A stretch of DNA of 64,000 bases from Rhina ancylostomus (taxonomy: Eukaryota). The stretch's first letter is position 1, and every line of letters starts with the position of its first letter. The DNA lies in assembly GCA_030265395.1 (NCBI GenBank), contig JARFYF010000074.1, forward strand, positions 84,967,620-85,031,619, written 5' to 3'. Position numbers and translations under genes: made by a program. Under the pieces are notes generated by a model that saw nothing but the letters and a program-made list of their open reading frames with translations, searched no databases and was not told the DNA's origin. Below, piece by piece: positions 51,276 through 64,000 of this stretch.

Positions 51276-51479
51276 TTGAATGAAAAGTGGTAAATCTACT
51301 TCATATGCCACCAAGATCCCTCAATAACATGCTTAATTCTTACCTATATTAGATGAATGGATAACTTGCATTTAAGATCAGGGCATTCCACTCAGCCAGC
51401 TTTTATTTCCTTTGCAGCCCTATATTCATGGCATCTCCCATTTATCCATTACTTCAATTGCTGATTCCTTCTCAGAACC

Positions 51480-52000
51480 TTCATCATGCCCTCATTCAGC
51501 GAACATCTATCATTGTCCTCTCACAAAGTCAATACATGCTTTCCACATTAAAATACATGCTCATCTCTCTTAGTGTTCCCACTAAGTTCACCCAATGACA
51601 GTTCTAATTAACCTCCACCACAGAAATTATCTTGTTTAAACTCGCCAACATCTAAAACATTCCAGTCTTCAACTTCCTTATGTAGTCCACATTGGCAGTA
51701 CTGCTCTTGCTTTTCCATTCCTACCTCTCCTGAAACTATCATCAAATAGTTTCTCCTGTATGCACATCATTTCTGTTTTGCCATGGGGTACTTTGGACTA
51801 CTCCTATTCATTATCTGCATGCTACCCTTTGGCAAAATCATTGGCAAGCATGATCAATATCCACATATGCATTCAGCTCCACCAATTCATCACTACTGAC
51901 ACAAGTACTGTAACTGTAACACCAGACATCAAGTCATGGACTTGGCTTTGTTTCCAGCATTTACTGTTTTCACATTAACTCCTAAAATGAATTGTACCAT
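51480..52000 (+). mobile_element. Very old L2-like remnant
   Basis: 'ccctttggcaaaatcattggcaagcatg..atccacatatgcattcagctc..gacatcaagtcatgga' resembles the L2 RT core. Confidence 0.4.
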
Positions 52001-53569
52001 CATGCAACTCAATAACAAAAACCCAAAACTACCTTGCACAACTGCATCATTCTGAGCATAGCCAATCCCTCAAACTGAACCTAGTGGGGTACATTATTCA
52101 ATCATACAAAGAGTTCATGTGCACATTGCAGTCATCTGGCTTGAAGATTGGCTTTAGAAACTTAACAATAACACTCATCCATAGCCTATGTTTCCTGTTC
52201 AGCAGCACAAACAAGGAGTGGTTTACATTACAGGATGGAATCCCAGTACAGTACAGTTCTCTGATGATGGAAAAGAGTTTACATTCTTGGTTTTCTTTTA
52301 GTTTTACCCCAAAGCCCAGCATTGTCCAACCTAGTTTGTCTGCCTCTGCAATTGCCAACTAGTTTCTCTCTACATGTACTGTTAATTTCCAATACTTTAC
52401 TGTTTTATGTTGTTTATTGTTCTGTTTAATCCCATAAGTATGTTACCAATATTTGTCAATGGCCCTGTTCTATATCATCCTCCATCTTTCACTAAGTTAT
52501 CCTATCTCCCCAATTGTTGACTGACCTGGTTCTAATATACTTTTCATTTTGGTTTCAGATTTCCAACATTTACAATTAATCCACAAATCCTTAACTATCC
52601 TGATATTACTCTCATCCTCTCAACCACCCCATACCCACGTCCCACTGCCACCCAGTGTTCCAATGAATCCCTTCTGAATTCTGATCCTCGTTTTCAAATC
52701 CTCCATGTCACATCACTCCTACTTCTGAAATCAGCTTCAACTATTCCTTTCCAGCCATTTCTCACCATCTAAATCTTAGGCATATTCATCATTAAACTTA
52801 TGATTCAGTCATTTGGAATTGTCCCAAAATCTCATGGTGTCCACCCCATTCTGTTAGCTTACAATTGCCTCTCAAATAGTTCTTTCTTTGAAACATTTCT
52901 TCAACCAATATTCCAAAATCCTTTTAATTCAAGGTAGCTATATGGTTTCTAATTCATGGGTTCAATTCTGTTGCTAAGTCTGGAGCAGTTCGTAAATGCT
53001 AATGTTTCAATGCAGCACTTGGAATGCCCCTTTGTCAAAGACATTTATTTCAGAAATTGAACTTAAACCGAATGAAGTCAGAGAATAAATATAATACCCT
53101 GGCATCATGTGAATTTTAACAGAGACGTTTCCTGGTATTCTGTTCAATATTCATCTCTCAGCCATGATCAGCATAGAGCTGTGGATTATTTATCACTTTC
53201 ACTGTTGTAGAGCCTTGATGTGTGATAATTTGCCCAAAACAGAAATGCTGTTATTTCAAAGATTGACAACATAGAATTTTGCTGAATCCCATGGACAGAA
53301 AAGATGCTTTATAAATGCAGTCACCTTTTGCTCTGTTTGGTGCTCACCTTTCTGACTTGTAAAGTATCTCGACATCATTGCATTACAGTGGCACTTTTTC
53401 TAAATCTGAAGGTTCCAGATTATTGTTGTCTTGTGGAAAAGACAGTCATTATACTAATTTTTTAAAAATCATTATAAAACATTTTTGGAACCAAATCCAG
53501 GATTGTGACTGAAGCTTGGAAGCAAGCACCCACAAGAGTATGTGTTACCTCCATTCCTATTAGTTGTCA

Positions 53570-54775
53570 CCCTTGACTCCATGATGGCAGTCTTACTGTC
53601 AGATGAACTACACTAACATTTCAGTACTAAGATTGTGATAAAAGAAATGACATCTCTCAAGCAAGACATTCAACTAGTTCTTGTCTATCCTCACAGGTGA
53701 GGATAAGTCATCCCATGGCACTATTGGAGAAAGCACTGATGAGTGTTGTGGAACAGAGGGACATGGGAGTAGAAGTGCACAGTTCACCAAAAGTGGCCAC
53801 GCAAGTTGACAGGTTGGTTAAGAAGGCATTTAGCATGCTGGCCTTCATCAGCCAGGGCATTGAATTTGGGTGCTGAGACATTATATTGCAGTTATATAAG
53901 TCACTGATGAGGCTGCACTTGAAGTATTGTATACAGTTTTGGTCATCCTGTTACAGGAAAGACATTGCCAAGCTGGAGAAGTTGCAGAAGAGATTTATAA
54001 GGATGCTGCCTGGACTAGAGGTCCTGAGTCATAGGGAGACATTGATCACACTGGATCTTTATTCCTTGTAGCATAGGAGAATGAGGTCATTGAAGTTTAG
54101 AGATTCATAACGGGCATGGATAAAGTGGATGGTCATTGTGTTTTCCCTAAGATAGGGGAGTCCAAAATTAGAGGGCACAGATACTAGAGAGCAATTATTT
54201 AAAAAAAAGAGACCTGAGGGGTAACTTCTCTACACAGAGGATAGTGAGTATCTGGAATGAGCTGCCAGAGGAAGTGGTTGAGGCAGGTACAATTGCAACA
54301 TTTAAGAGGCATTTGGATAGGGACATGGAGGTGAGGGGCTTGGAGGGTTATGGGAAATATGTGGGCAACTGGGACTAGCAGGGAGGAAGTTGTGTTCAAC
54401 ATGGACTAGTTGGGCCTAAAGGGTCTGTTTCTGTGCTGTATGACTCTATGAAAGAAGATATTCCTGTGTAANNNNNNNNNNNNNNNNNNNNNNNNNNNNN
54501 NNNNNNNNNNNNNNNNNNNNNNNNNNNNNNNNNNNNNNNNNNNNNNNNNNNNNNNNNNNNNNNNNNNNNNNGTGTAACCCTGGCCATCAATCACTCAAGC
54601 AAATTATCTAGTCAATATTTCATTGACTTTTGTGTAGAATGTTGTGGACAAATTGGCTGCCACATTATTCTACATTAGAACAATGGTTACACTCACAGGG
54701 TATTATTAGTTGTACAGTGCCTTGGGATACCCTGATATCAAGAAAAGTACTGTAAAAACATATATCATTTCCTTT
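53570..54775 (+). mobile_element. DeuSINE remnant split by a CR1 insertion
   Basis: 'aggtgaggataagtcatcccatggcactattggaga' before the insert; 'ccctggccatcaatcactcaa..caaattggctgccaca..gtgccttgggataccctga' after it. Confidence 0.55.
53735..54450 (+). mobile_element. CR1 LINE 3' fragment
   Basis: ORF 53886 'QLYKSLMRLHLKYCIQFWSSCYRKDIAKLEKLQKRFIRMLPGLE'; tail 'gggtctgtttctgtgctgtatgactctatga'. Confidence 0.92.
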
Positions 54776-55299
54776 ATCCCAAACCGAGTATTTTCCTAGG
54801 CATTACTCTCATTTGTCAGGTCAATGGAGGCCTGGTCTAATGTCTTGCTTGAGAGATTGCACCTGTTATCACAACCTCACCAGTGCACTGAAGTTCAAAT
54901 CCTATTACAGCCTGCCGAGCCATAAATGAATAACCAGTAACACCGTTTTCCATTGTAAACAAGTACGGTCAGGTCTAATGTATCACATGTATTGAACTTT
55001 ATTTCTCGCTCCACAGATGCAGTCTGATCTGCTGAACAATTCCAGCATTTTATGTTTTTTTTAATATAATGTATTCTCTATGGAATGTGCATTTTACAGT
55101 TTCACCTGTTTCAGGCAATTTATCGAGCAAAGTTTGCTGATCTTCGCTTTGACTTTATAATCAACCTATCGGAAAACGATTATTGGAAGTGGGGGTGTGG
55201 TTTGGTAGTCATGAGTGGATTTGCAAATCTAGGTTCTGAAAAGATAAAAATGTGACATGCAACAAAATCATCTCTGCAGAGCAATTTATCCCTGGTGAT

Positions 55300-57800
55300 T
55301 ATGAGAAGAGCTCAGATAGATGCGGAAACCTGATAGTTTATTTCACACCCTGGTTTTGTCTACGCGTGCGGTTTACCCTATACTAAACTCTCGTATGATG
55401 TGGATGGAACAGAGTTACAGGAGCACAATGAGTAATGGCGTGTCAGCAGGTAGAGGGAGCGCTTACCCAGTCATGGCTAATGGTCGCCTGGGGCAGTTAG
55501 CACTGCAAAGCCTCCCGTTGACCCGAGCTGCACTGCACAGACAAAAATTTCACCGTTCCGACAACGAAGAATCCCGACAGTGATGCTAATGGAAAGCTCG
55601 ACCGGTCTATCAAATCCATCATGAGAACGCAATTTGAAGATTAAAAGCAAAATTGACGGTAGAAACTAGCTCTTTCTCAGTGTAAGGTAGGCAATAAATA
55701 ATGGAAGAGACCAACCTCAAGGCTTAACCATTGAAATGATGAAGAGTCTCATGTAGAGAAATCTTTTTTTATAAAAAAAATTCGCTACAATAAAGGAAAA
55801 CCTTTGAACAGGAAACGTAGCTGTTTTGAACACAGGCATATTTGCTCCTATTGTTCTCCTTGCACATCAGGGCGATAATAAAGGAACTTTTACCATGTAT
55901 CACGCTGCACTTTCCAGCAAGTCCCATGGATAATGAAGCGTTATATTCATGAAAAGGCAGCCGTTGAAAGAGATCTGCATTGCAGAGAGTTGAAAGTACA
56001 CCATTTAATAAACTACAAGCTGAGTTAATGAAACCCAATGATGTTCGCTATAACGTCCAATGAATTTGATTGCAGAAGGCTGGAAACATTCAGCTATCAA
56101 TTTATCACTAGAGTCTATCAATTCCCTGACTGCCCCGAAACAGTATCATGTTTTTTTTAAAAATAAAAGCCACGAAAAGCCATACAGAACAATCAAATCC
56201 ATAACTGAAGCACGTTCACTACTCGGTCTGTAATTTATTAACTAGTGCGTGTTGTCAAAACATCTCCCCCCGACAAGTAGGAGGTAATGCAAATTTACAA
56301 TGTCAAAAGCTGTGAAAACTGTAAATACGTTGCTAATAAATAAAGCAACAGGTATATTTTAGGTACGAAATAATGTCGTCCAATCTTCCCCATACCATAA
56401 GAACAATAAAATTACTAAAAGATATGATTAATTCAAGCCTTATGCAAAGTATTGCCCCTCCAGGATCAGGATCAGAGGAAAGTTTCCAAAGAACCAGCGG
56501 AAAGGAAAAACAAGATGTCAGTACCTGCACCTTTCGAAACACGGTACCAAATAGAGTTTTCCAGAGAAGCATCATACTTCCGGAAAAAAAGTATGGCAGC
56601 TGATCATGCCAGTAAAATTCATAAAATATTAATGTAAAAAAAAGGCCCTTCTGGGTTATGAAGCATCTGAAGGATCAATTGACAGATTAAATTCACCCAA
56701 TTAGCGTATTTATTGTAAATCATTAATTTATTTTTAAAAGTAACGCATTAAAGGAGTCGAAATAGGTTGAGGAGTAAGGCTGAGTAGCTCTACTACTGAA
56801 GGCGAATGTCTCCTAAATAAATGCATTATACAACACTGACAACTTCCTGATATCCGGACACAAGTGTATAAACAGCGAACCCAACGCACGTCAGTTTACA
56901 ATACTCGCACTGGAGCAATTACTTTCCTTGCTCTCAGGGATGGGTGATTGCCACGAGGTCTTTCAACTCTCTGGTTTGGATTTAAAGATCAAGCTAGCTG
57001 CATTATATTTCTGCATTCCACAGTCTAGACGCAAGTATTTTTTAAAAATCAAAATTGCAACGTTTCCAAGTAAATACGCGTTTCACTTCGTGCGTAAGAA
57101 TTCTGTAACTATTAAACTTACGTGTTTTTTTAGTAAAACAATAAGTACTACTCAAACTAAACTACGTTTGACGTACACCAATAAAAAGTGACAGGATATT
57201 ACAACTAACCTACAGATCATTGTTTCGACTATCTTCCTTTCTCGGCACCAAGTAGTTTGGGTTGCTGCACTGGAGGAAAATGTTTTCACCACTGAGACAC
57301 CTACCTATGACGTCATAACCAGGCAATTTACAGCGGATGTTTTCTATCCACCTTTGCTATCTGCTCAATATCTTTATTTTATACCCTGCCACGAATAGTT
57401 ACTACTCGAAGGTAGACAAGACCCTGGGTGAATGGAGATTGAAAATGCAGCGACCCATATTTTCGTGGAATGTGGTATCGCCAGCATTTATCTGGGTCAC
57501 TTTTAGGTCTCTGTTGACAAAAAGATACATGGGCATTGTATTGATCTCATTCGCAGTTTACCTCTNNNNNNNNNNNNNNNNNNNNNNNNNNNNNNNNNNN
57601 NNNNNNNNTCATCAAGATGGTTTATTTACTCGGTTTCTGTTTTCCTTCTTTTCCTTAAGGGCAATTTTTAATCTCTTCAGAAGAAAGGGGCTGGTGAACA
57701 TTAATTCAGAGAATTAAACTTTCTGACGTCAACGCATGGACTCACACACATAAAATGGTGGGCCATGCCATAACTGTGAGGGCGCCCACTTTCCGCAAGG
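55300..57800. promoter_or_regulatory. CpG-retaining, repeat-free block with CNE-like segments
   Basis: Return of CpGs; homeodomain/TALE/POU motif clusters at about 55850-56300 (ATGCAAAT 56287-56294) and 56590-56750 (TGACAG, TAAT/ATTA, CATAAA). Confidence 0.5.
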
Positions 57801-59944
57801 GTAGGGCTAAAACTGCCGTGAATAGAATCATTGAATCATACAGCACAGCAGGAAATCATCGAGCCCACTGTATGTGTGTAGGATCCAATTAGTATTATTT
57901 CCCTACAGTTTCCCCCAAAATTATGCAATCAAATCAATTAACATTTTCACATTTTCGATCACTCTAGGCAAATGTTGTGAGTAGATACAAACAGCACTCC
58001 ACTCTATCCTTTGGTCATTTTTACGTTCAATAACCAACCTAAGATAATCCCCGTTCGAATTCACGTGCAAATTAAGTCAATGAAACTTAACTCCACAGAA
58101 ATACTTGGCAGCTTCTGAAGAACGTACTGCTTTCTTATATTCTAGTTTTCTCTGATCTCTTCTGAAGTGACATGCTTGGAAATGGCCCTCGGGGTGCCAG
58201 CAGCCTTCCAGCACCTATTCACATCATATAGTTCAGATAGCGATTGCCAACCAGCTATGCAGCATGACAGCCCATAGGGGTCGTGCATCATTTTCTCCCG
58301 TGGCAAGCGAATGTGTTGGTTATGATACTGTATTACTGCAGCAGAAATCCAGAGGCCAGAACTAATGATACAGAGATAGGAGGTCAGATACGGGGGCATT
58401 TAAATAAATCTAGAAAAAAATGTGGAATAAATGTGGGACCACCATATTTCATCTTTTTCGGAAAGAAATTTAGAATACTTACCCGTCTAATTTCCATGTG
58501 ACTCAAGACCCACAGCAATGTGGTTAATTCCAAACTGCCTTCTGAAATGGCATATTTGGATTTACCAAAGTTGAGTTCAGTTGTTCTGATCACATGAAGC
58601 TGCTGAAATGGAACAGCAGCATACATAGATGTTCACTGGAAGCTAATTGAAATAAGTATAATGGTTATAAATGAGTGACTGGAAACTCCCAATTATGCTA
58701 GACTAATAATGGTACAAAAAGTCTAGTGTCAACAAGGATTCTGGTAATGTCAGCAGATCAAAATACTGCAGTTAAATGTCACCAATGAAAACCAAAAGAC
58801 TACAACAGGAGTTTAACACTAATGGCATATCCACCTGAGATGTCAGGCCAGTTATACTGTTAATTCTTATTGGCATCATGGAATTATCAAAAACTCTTTG
58901 TAGGTTCTTGTTACATTGAATGTGCCATAAATTACCATATATTTGCAAAAGTCTATGCTTTCATTGTACGAAAGGAAAATATTATCAATGCATTATAATT
59001 TGGACATGATAGTTTAAGACAATGATAGTTTAAGACCACACTAATTGATTCCTTATCACTCTCAGAAGCAAGTTGCATCAAATGCATAAAGATGGACTAC
59101 AGAGGATAAAGAGCCAACATCATCTAAAAAGAGGCAATAAACGCTGGATTTCCCAGCAATGTTGACACACCAGGAATCCTTTTTAAAAGAAGTGCATTGT
59201 TGATCAGCTAAAATGTCATATGTTTGTATTAGAGACACCAGGACTAAGAAACAAAAACAATCATTTGGGTTTCCTGATGCTGCTCAATGTTGTTTTGGAA
59301 CGTGCAAGTGTTATTTTGTTTTATTCATCCATGGATTTGAACATCACTGGCAAACTTATTGCCCATCACTAATTGTCCAAGAAGTTCTCCTCTTCTGAGG
59401 ACACAGAACTCCTTACTCCCCCTATAATTTCTCATTTGCTTACTGTTCTCTATTATTATGTATGAGCAAACATTATTCATTGGTAAGACTAGATANNNNN
59501 NNNNNNNNNNNNNNNNNNNNNNNNNNNNNNNNNNNNNNNNNNNNNNNNNNNNNNNNNNNNNNNNNNNNNNNNNNNNNNNNNNNNNNNNNNNNNNNACTAG
59601 ATAGTGGGACAGGTTATCGAAGTATGGAGATCATGATATCCAAATCCCCACCCATCATCCACTTGCACAGTTCCAGCTGTTGTTGTTCAATCAAAATTTC
59701 CAATTGTAACATTGATACCTGAACAATACATTCACAAATTCCTCAAGAATACATTCCTGCATAATCAACTGCAGAACAAGTGGCCAGTTTGATGACATTT
59801 TTAAATTTGTTTCTGCAACTTCTTTTCCAGCATTGTTTCATTGACAAGTATTCCCACTGTCAACCTACTTGCATCATGCTCTATAGCTGACTTAAAATCA
59901 TCATCATGTTATTTCTCAGCAGTAGGTGCCAAACACATCCATTA

Positions 59945-60600
59945 CAGAAAGAAAAACATCTGCAGATGCTGGAAATCTGAGATAAAAATATGCCGAACCT
60001 TCTCAGTTGGTTAAGCAGTGTCTGTCAGCAGAGAAAAGAGTTAACATTGCAGTTTGACAACTTTTCATCAGAAGTGGAAAAAAGTTAGAGGTAAAACAAA
60101 TTTTAAGCCAAAGTGAAAGAGGGGAGGCGCAGAGGGGACACAAAGGTACATTTGTGAAAGGTGGAACCCAGGACCAAAAAGACAAAAGGAGCTGAACATA
60201 AGAATATAAGAAACAGGAGCAGAAGTAGGCAATCTGGCTCATCAAGTCTACTCCATCATTCAATAAGATCATGGCTGATCTGGCCATGATCTGGTCACTA
60301 CATCTTATAACATACAATCTGCTGTAGGATCTCAACAGGTTAAGCAGCATCTGTGGGGGGGGGGGTGGTGGGGGGGAGGAATTATCAACAATTCAGGGAA
60401 AAACCCTGCGTCCAGACTGAGTTCCCCCAGCAGATTGTTTGCTGGTCCAGATCCCAGATTCCAGAATCTGCAGTCTCATGTGTCTACATTTTATAACATT
60501 ATTCTAACTTTTCTCTGCTCTGATTGAAGATCTTCACCCTGAAATGGTATGTTCCTCTCTCTACCGATGCTGCCTGCATTTTTCTGTTTCGTTCCATCAC
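59945..60600. mobile_element. Nested PLE terminal units with a CR1 tail fragment
   Basis: Outer inverted PLE ends (59945-60190 and 60500-60590), antisense CR1 tail 'aacataagaa..caggagcagaagtaggc..ttcaataagatcatggctgatct' (60195-60290), inner fold-back 60325-60485. Confidence 0.7.
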
Positions 60601-61479
60601 AGAAAAGTTATAAATGGCCTCAAATTCATTTTACATTCAATTATTATAATTTTTTGAATTCTCACCAATTTTAAATGCAAATTAATTTAAATTAACAAGG
60701 TGCACAACACTGCATATTCGTGAACATAATAGTCATGAAATATTAAAATATGACTCTAAGTATATTAGCTAGGTGACACCAAGAATTTTTCCAAAATTTA
60801 GAGACTGATGTTTTAACATCTGAATAACAAGGAACATCAACCACAAGTTATAATAGTCAGTTCAAGTGCAGCTTTGATTGACAGCAAACAAGGTTGAGAT
60901 CAGCTGGAAACTGAAGTACAGCAAGAAGAATCCTGGATTATTAGACTTGTCCTGTTCTTATTATCTATTTGATTATATTGGTGAAATATCCACTTCTACA
61001 TACAGGGTGTAGGTTCTGTGATTTCCCACAAGTGAATAAACTACTAACTCACTGTGCCAGCTCACATTTTGAGTGAAATACAAAGGAGACAATTAACTAA
61101 CAATCAAGGATGACAATTCTCAGTTGAGGGCTCTCACTGGTTGTGGTGGAGACCCAGAATGAAAAAGTTACATCAATGAAGTAATCTGCATGAACAAACA
61201 GATCTACAATGCCCTAAGAAAAATGTTAACAGGTGACAACAAATTACAATAATAATAAGGCCAGATAAATATTTATAAATATTCCTAATCAGACTAAAAG
61301 TGACTGTACATTAGGGAACTGGAATATGAAGTTCCAAAAACACAACCAGTTGAAGATTTAAATTATAAATACATGCTCTATGCTTCTTCAATATCATAAA
61401 CCAACATAATGTTGTAGTAGACCATGATGGCATTAGCCTCTGTTGGTTAGAGATGCAACAATTCACCCTTAGCTTCTGT

Positions 61480-62000
61480 TTTCATCACTATTCAATGATG
61501 CCTATTGAAGTGCATTTGCAAACAAAATTAAGCTCACATGTAATGCTTTCAATTATCATGCCATCTTTTCCATTTATCTCAATTTGAATATCCTGCACCA
61601 ACCCTCCCCTCCCCCCAATCAAATTTCCATCCACATAGAACTGAAACACTTTTAAAGTTACAAGTAACATCCTTTGAAACTGGAACTGTTTTGGTAAATT
61701 ATTTTTCCTGAGACTTTGACATGGTCGATCACATTATCTTCCTCCAATGTCTCACATCTGTACTTATACAAGGTTGTTTTGCCCTCATTAGTTTCATTCC
61801 TAGATATCCAATCATGGCATTGGCTCTCCTTCAAACTCTGGAGTTCCAAAAGGATAATACTTGGCTCTGTCCTATTTCTTATTTAAATAAGCCTGTGATA
61901 TCATCAAAAGAACATCATTAGTTCCCACATGCATGCTGATGATACCCAGCCTTACCTTGTACCTTATATTCCAATTAATCCATTGGCCAAACTGTATGAC
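61480..62000 (+). mobile_element. Old L2-like RT remnant
   Basis: 'gactttgacatggtcgatcac' (FDMVDH), 'ggagttccaaaagga' (GVPKG), 'cacatgcatgctgatgatacccag' (HMHADDTQ). Confidence 0.7.
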
Positions 62001-62499
62001 AAATTGGAAACAAATCTCCAACACAGGACCAAAGTTTTTGTGTCACATTTCCTTATATCTATTTAGCTCAGGATCAAGTTTTGTTTAATGGCACAAATGA
62101 AGCACTGTGGGACATTAAGCTATATTAATAGGTCCTACATAAAAACGTACACCCCCGATGAATAACCTATTGATAGCGGTCCTCTAGACCACACGTCGTA
62201 ACAAACGTTTCAGTGAAACAGTGAAAGAACATTTACACCTATGTCCTAAATGAATTAACACTTTCTGAAGAGGTAATAGAGTCAGAAGAAAAACTCAAGT
62301 TACATTTTAAAGTTTCCTTTACCGATGAACATTATTAGAACTACTACATCCATTCTACTTATCAATAGTATTTGATAACATTTTCAGTAATTTCATGCGT
62401 GAAGAGCTAAAGAATTGAAAACCTATGCTTACGTTGGACATCAAATTCTTACCACAAAGAATTCATTGATGACACATCTATTTTATAAGGCGGTTCCAC

Positions 62500-63680
62500 C
62501 AGTAACTGTTCTGCGTCGCACAAAGTTAATTATCCCTTTCTACATTCCTCAACTGTGCTCATAAAACAGCAATGATGAAGCAATAGAATAAGCGCAAAGC
62601 GCAAACTTGTTTCATGGAAGCTTTTGCAATCTGAAATCTTTCGTCGCGGGTGGAGAGTTCCCGGAATCTATTATAATTCATCTTTGCATAAATTAAAAAT
62701 CTCGAGACGTCGTCAATGATAAGAAGAATGTCTTTAACTAATGCAATTGCTGTAAGCTTCTGTACTTTCTACTGAACTAATGAACTCCTGAGAGTCAATG
62801 TGTGTTCAATTCTAAAGAGTCGAGATGCGATTAATACTGCGCGCTGCGGCGTTTTTGTTTACAACTTTACGTGGGTTCATTATCATGGGGATGGTGATTG
62901 GACAAAAAAATCCTATTCTTTGCAGTTCTACGTGTTTATCGTTTAAAGGCTATAACATTTTGCAGAAGTTGCTAAAGTTGCAAAATGATCAACAGAAATG
63001 TCGCCAGAGGGATTAACAAAATTCAGGGTTTAGGTTGCTTCTCAAAGATGTGTGATTTCCAATCCTTGCCCACGCTGCCCGAAATACAATGTATCCAATC
63101 TACAGCTTTCGGTTTATTAAAGAATGAAGGATTTCGCATCAGAAACCCGCGGTATGCTTCAGTAGTTTTCTAATCCACATATTTACGAACGTACATCTCA
63201 CATTCCACACCTAACCCTAAAGGTTTCATCACTCGTTTCTGATTATAATGGCTGCTTTTGTACCGAAAATAAACACGCAGAATTCTATAGATACCGTGGT
63301 GCTTGCTATTAAGAATGGATTGGAAAAACCCTAGTGATGCCGGAGTCGTGTCAGCCGCCAGCAGCTCTGATGCAGATTAATTATCCGTTTCGGCTTAGTT
63401 TACCACTCCCCTGCCCCGGGTGACCCCAGAGCTGAGCGATGTCTCAGACGGAAACTGATGAATAGCGATCAGTTACAGCGCTCTGCGTCTCACCTCCTGC
63501 TTACAGGGATCCCACCAAGGGCAGAGGCGCAGTACCTCCTATGCAACCAACGCGACAGACGGCCCCGGGATTGCAAGGAGATATGCTTCAGAACTGCTTA
63601 ACGTGTGAGACGCCTTTCCCACTAGGTCAGGAGAGTTTTCCGTCCTATCATTTGTCAGGCATGAAATAAGTATACCACCG
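62500..63680. promoter_or_regulatory. CpG-rich block with CNE-like segment
   Basis: CpG retention; TTTGCATAAATTAA, TAATG and GATTAAT motifs at 62680-62840; GC-rich segment at 63330-63620. Confidence 0.5.
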
Positions 63681-64000
63681 GCACAGTACGATACTGACTA
63701 TTTTGCATAGAATAATAAAGCTGTTACTTTATGTGTATACATAGATATATAATGAATGAATGCACTCTTGGAAAAAAATAAACAAAATTATCAAATGCCG
63801 ACATTCAACAATAACCTTTGTAATTAAAAAAAATCAGGATGGCAAATATGGGTCATGCTCATTAGCTGCTTACTTAACTAATCCAAAGACCGTAATGAGT
63901 ACTGTCCAAAAATGCGTCAGATTGCAACTGAACAACAAATGTCAGTTTAGAAATGAGTTTCTTCCCTCTGTTATGCTGATAGTGTTATTAGATAATGAAC

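Overview
Vertebrate genomic DNA, most likely from a cartilaginous fish (ray or skate); this is inferred from the repeat set of V-SINE, DeuSINE, CR1, Rex1 and Penelope-like elements. It is a draft scaffold with about 13 N-gaps. I found no recognisable cellular protein-coding exon, rRNA, tRNA or known miRNA. The ORFs I could assign are decayed retroelement fragments; the others look like noise or N-gap artefacts. The window has two kinds of sequence. About 2-28 kb, 55-57.8 kb and 62-64 kb are CpG-retaining, repeat-poor non-coding DNA with enhancer-like blocks, a candidate minus-strand core promoter and candidate non-coding exons, which suggests the regulatory landscape or lncRNA of a developmental locus I cannot name. 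About 28-55 kb is CpG-poor and full of nested retroelements. The most unusual items are a 44-bp near-perfect hairpin (20403-20494), an element bounded by inverted LTR-like ends with a 6-bp target-site duplication (TSD; 29443-30122), fold-back Penelope-derived elements with hammerhead-ribozyme-like cores, and a decayed Vingi/Ingi-type LINE. Repeat boundaries are approximate and were read by eye.
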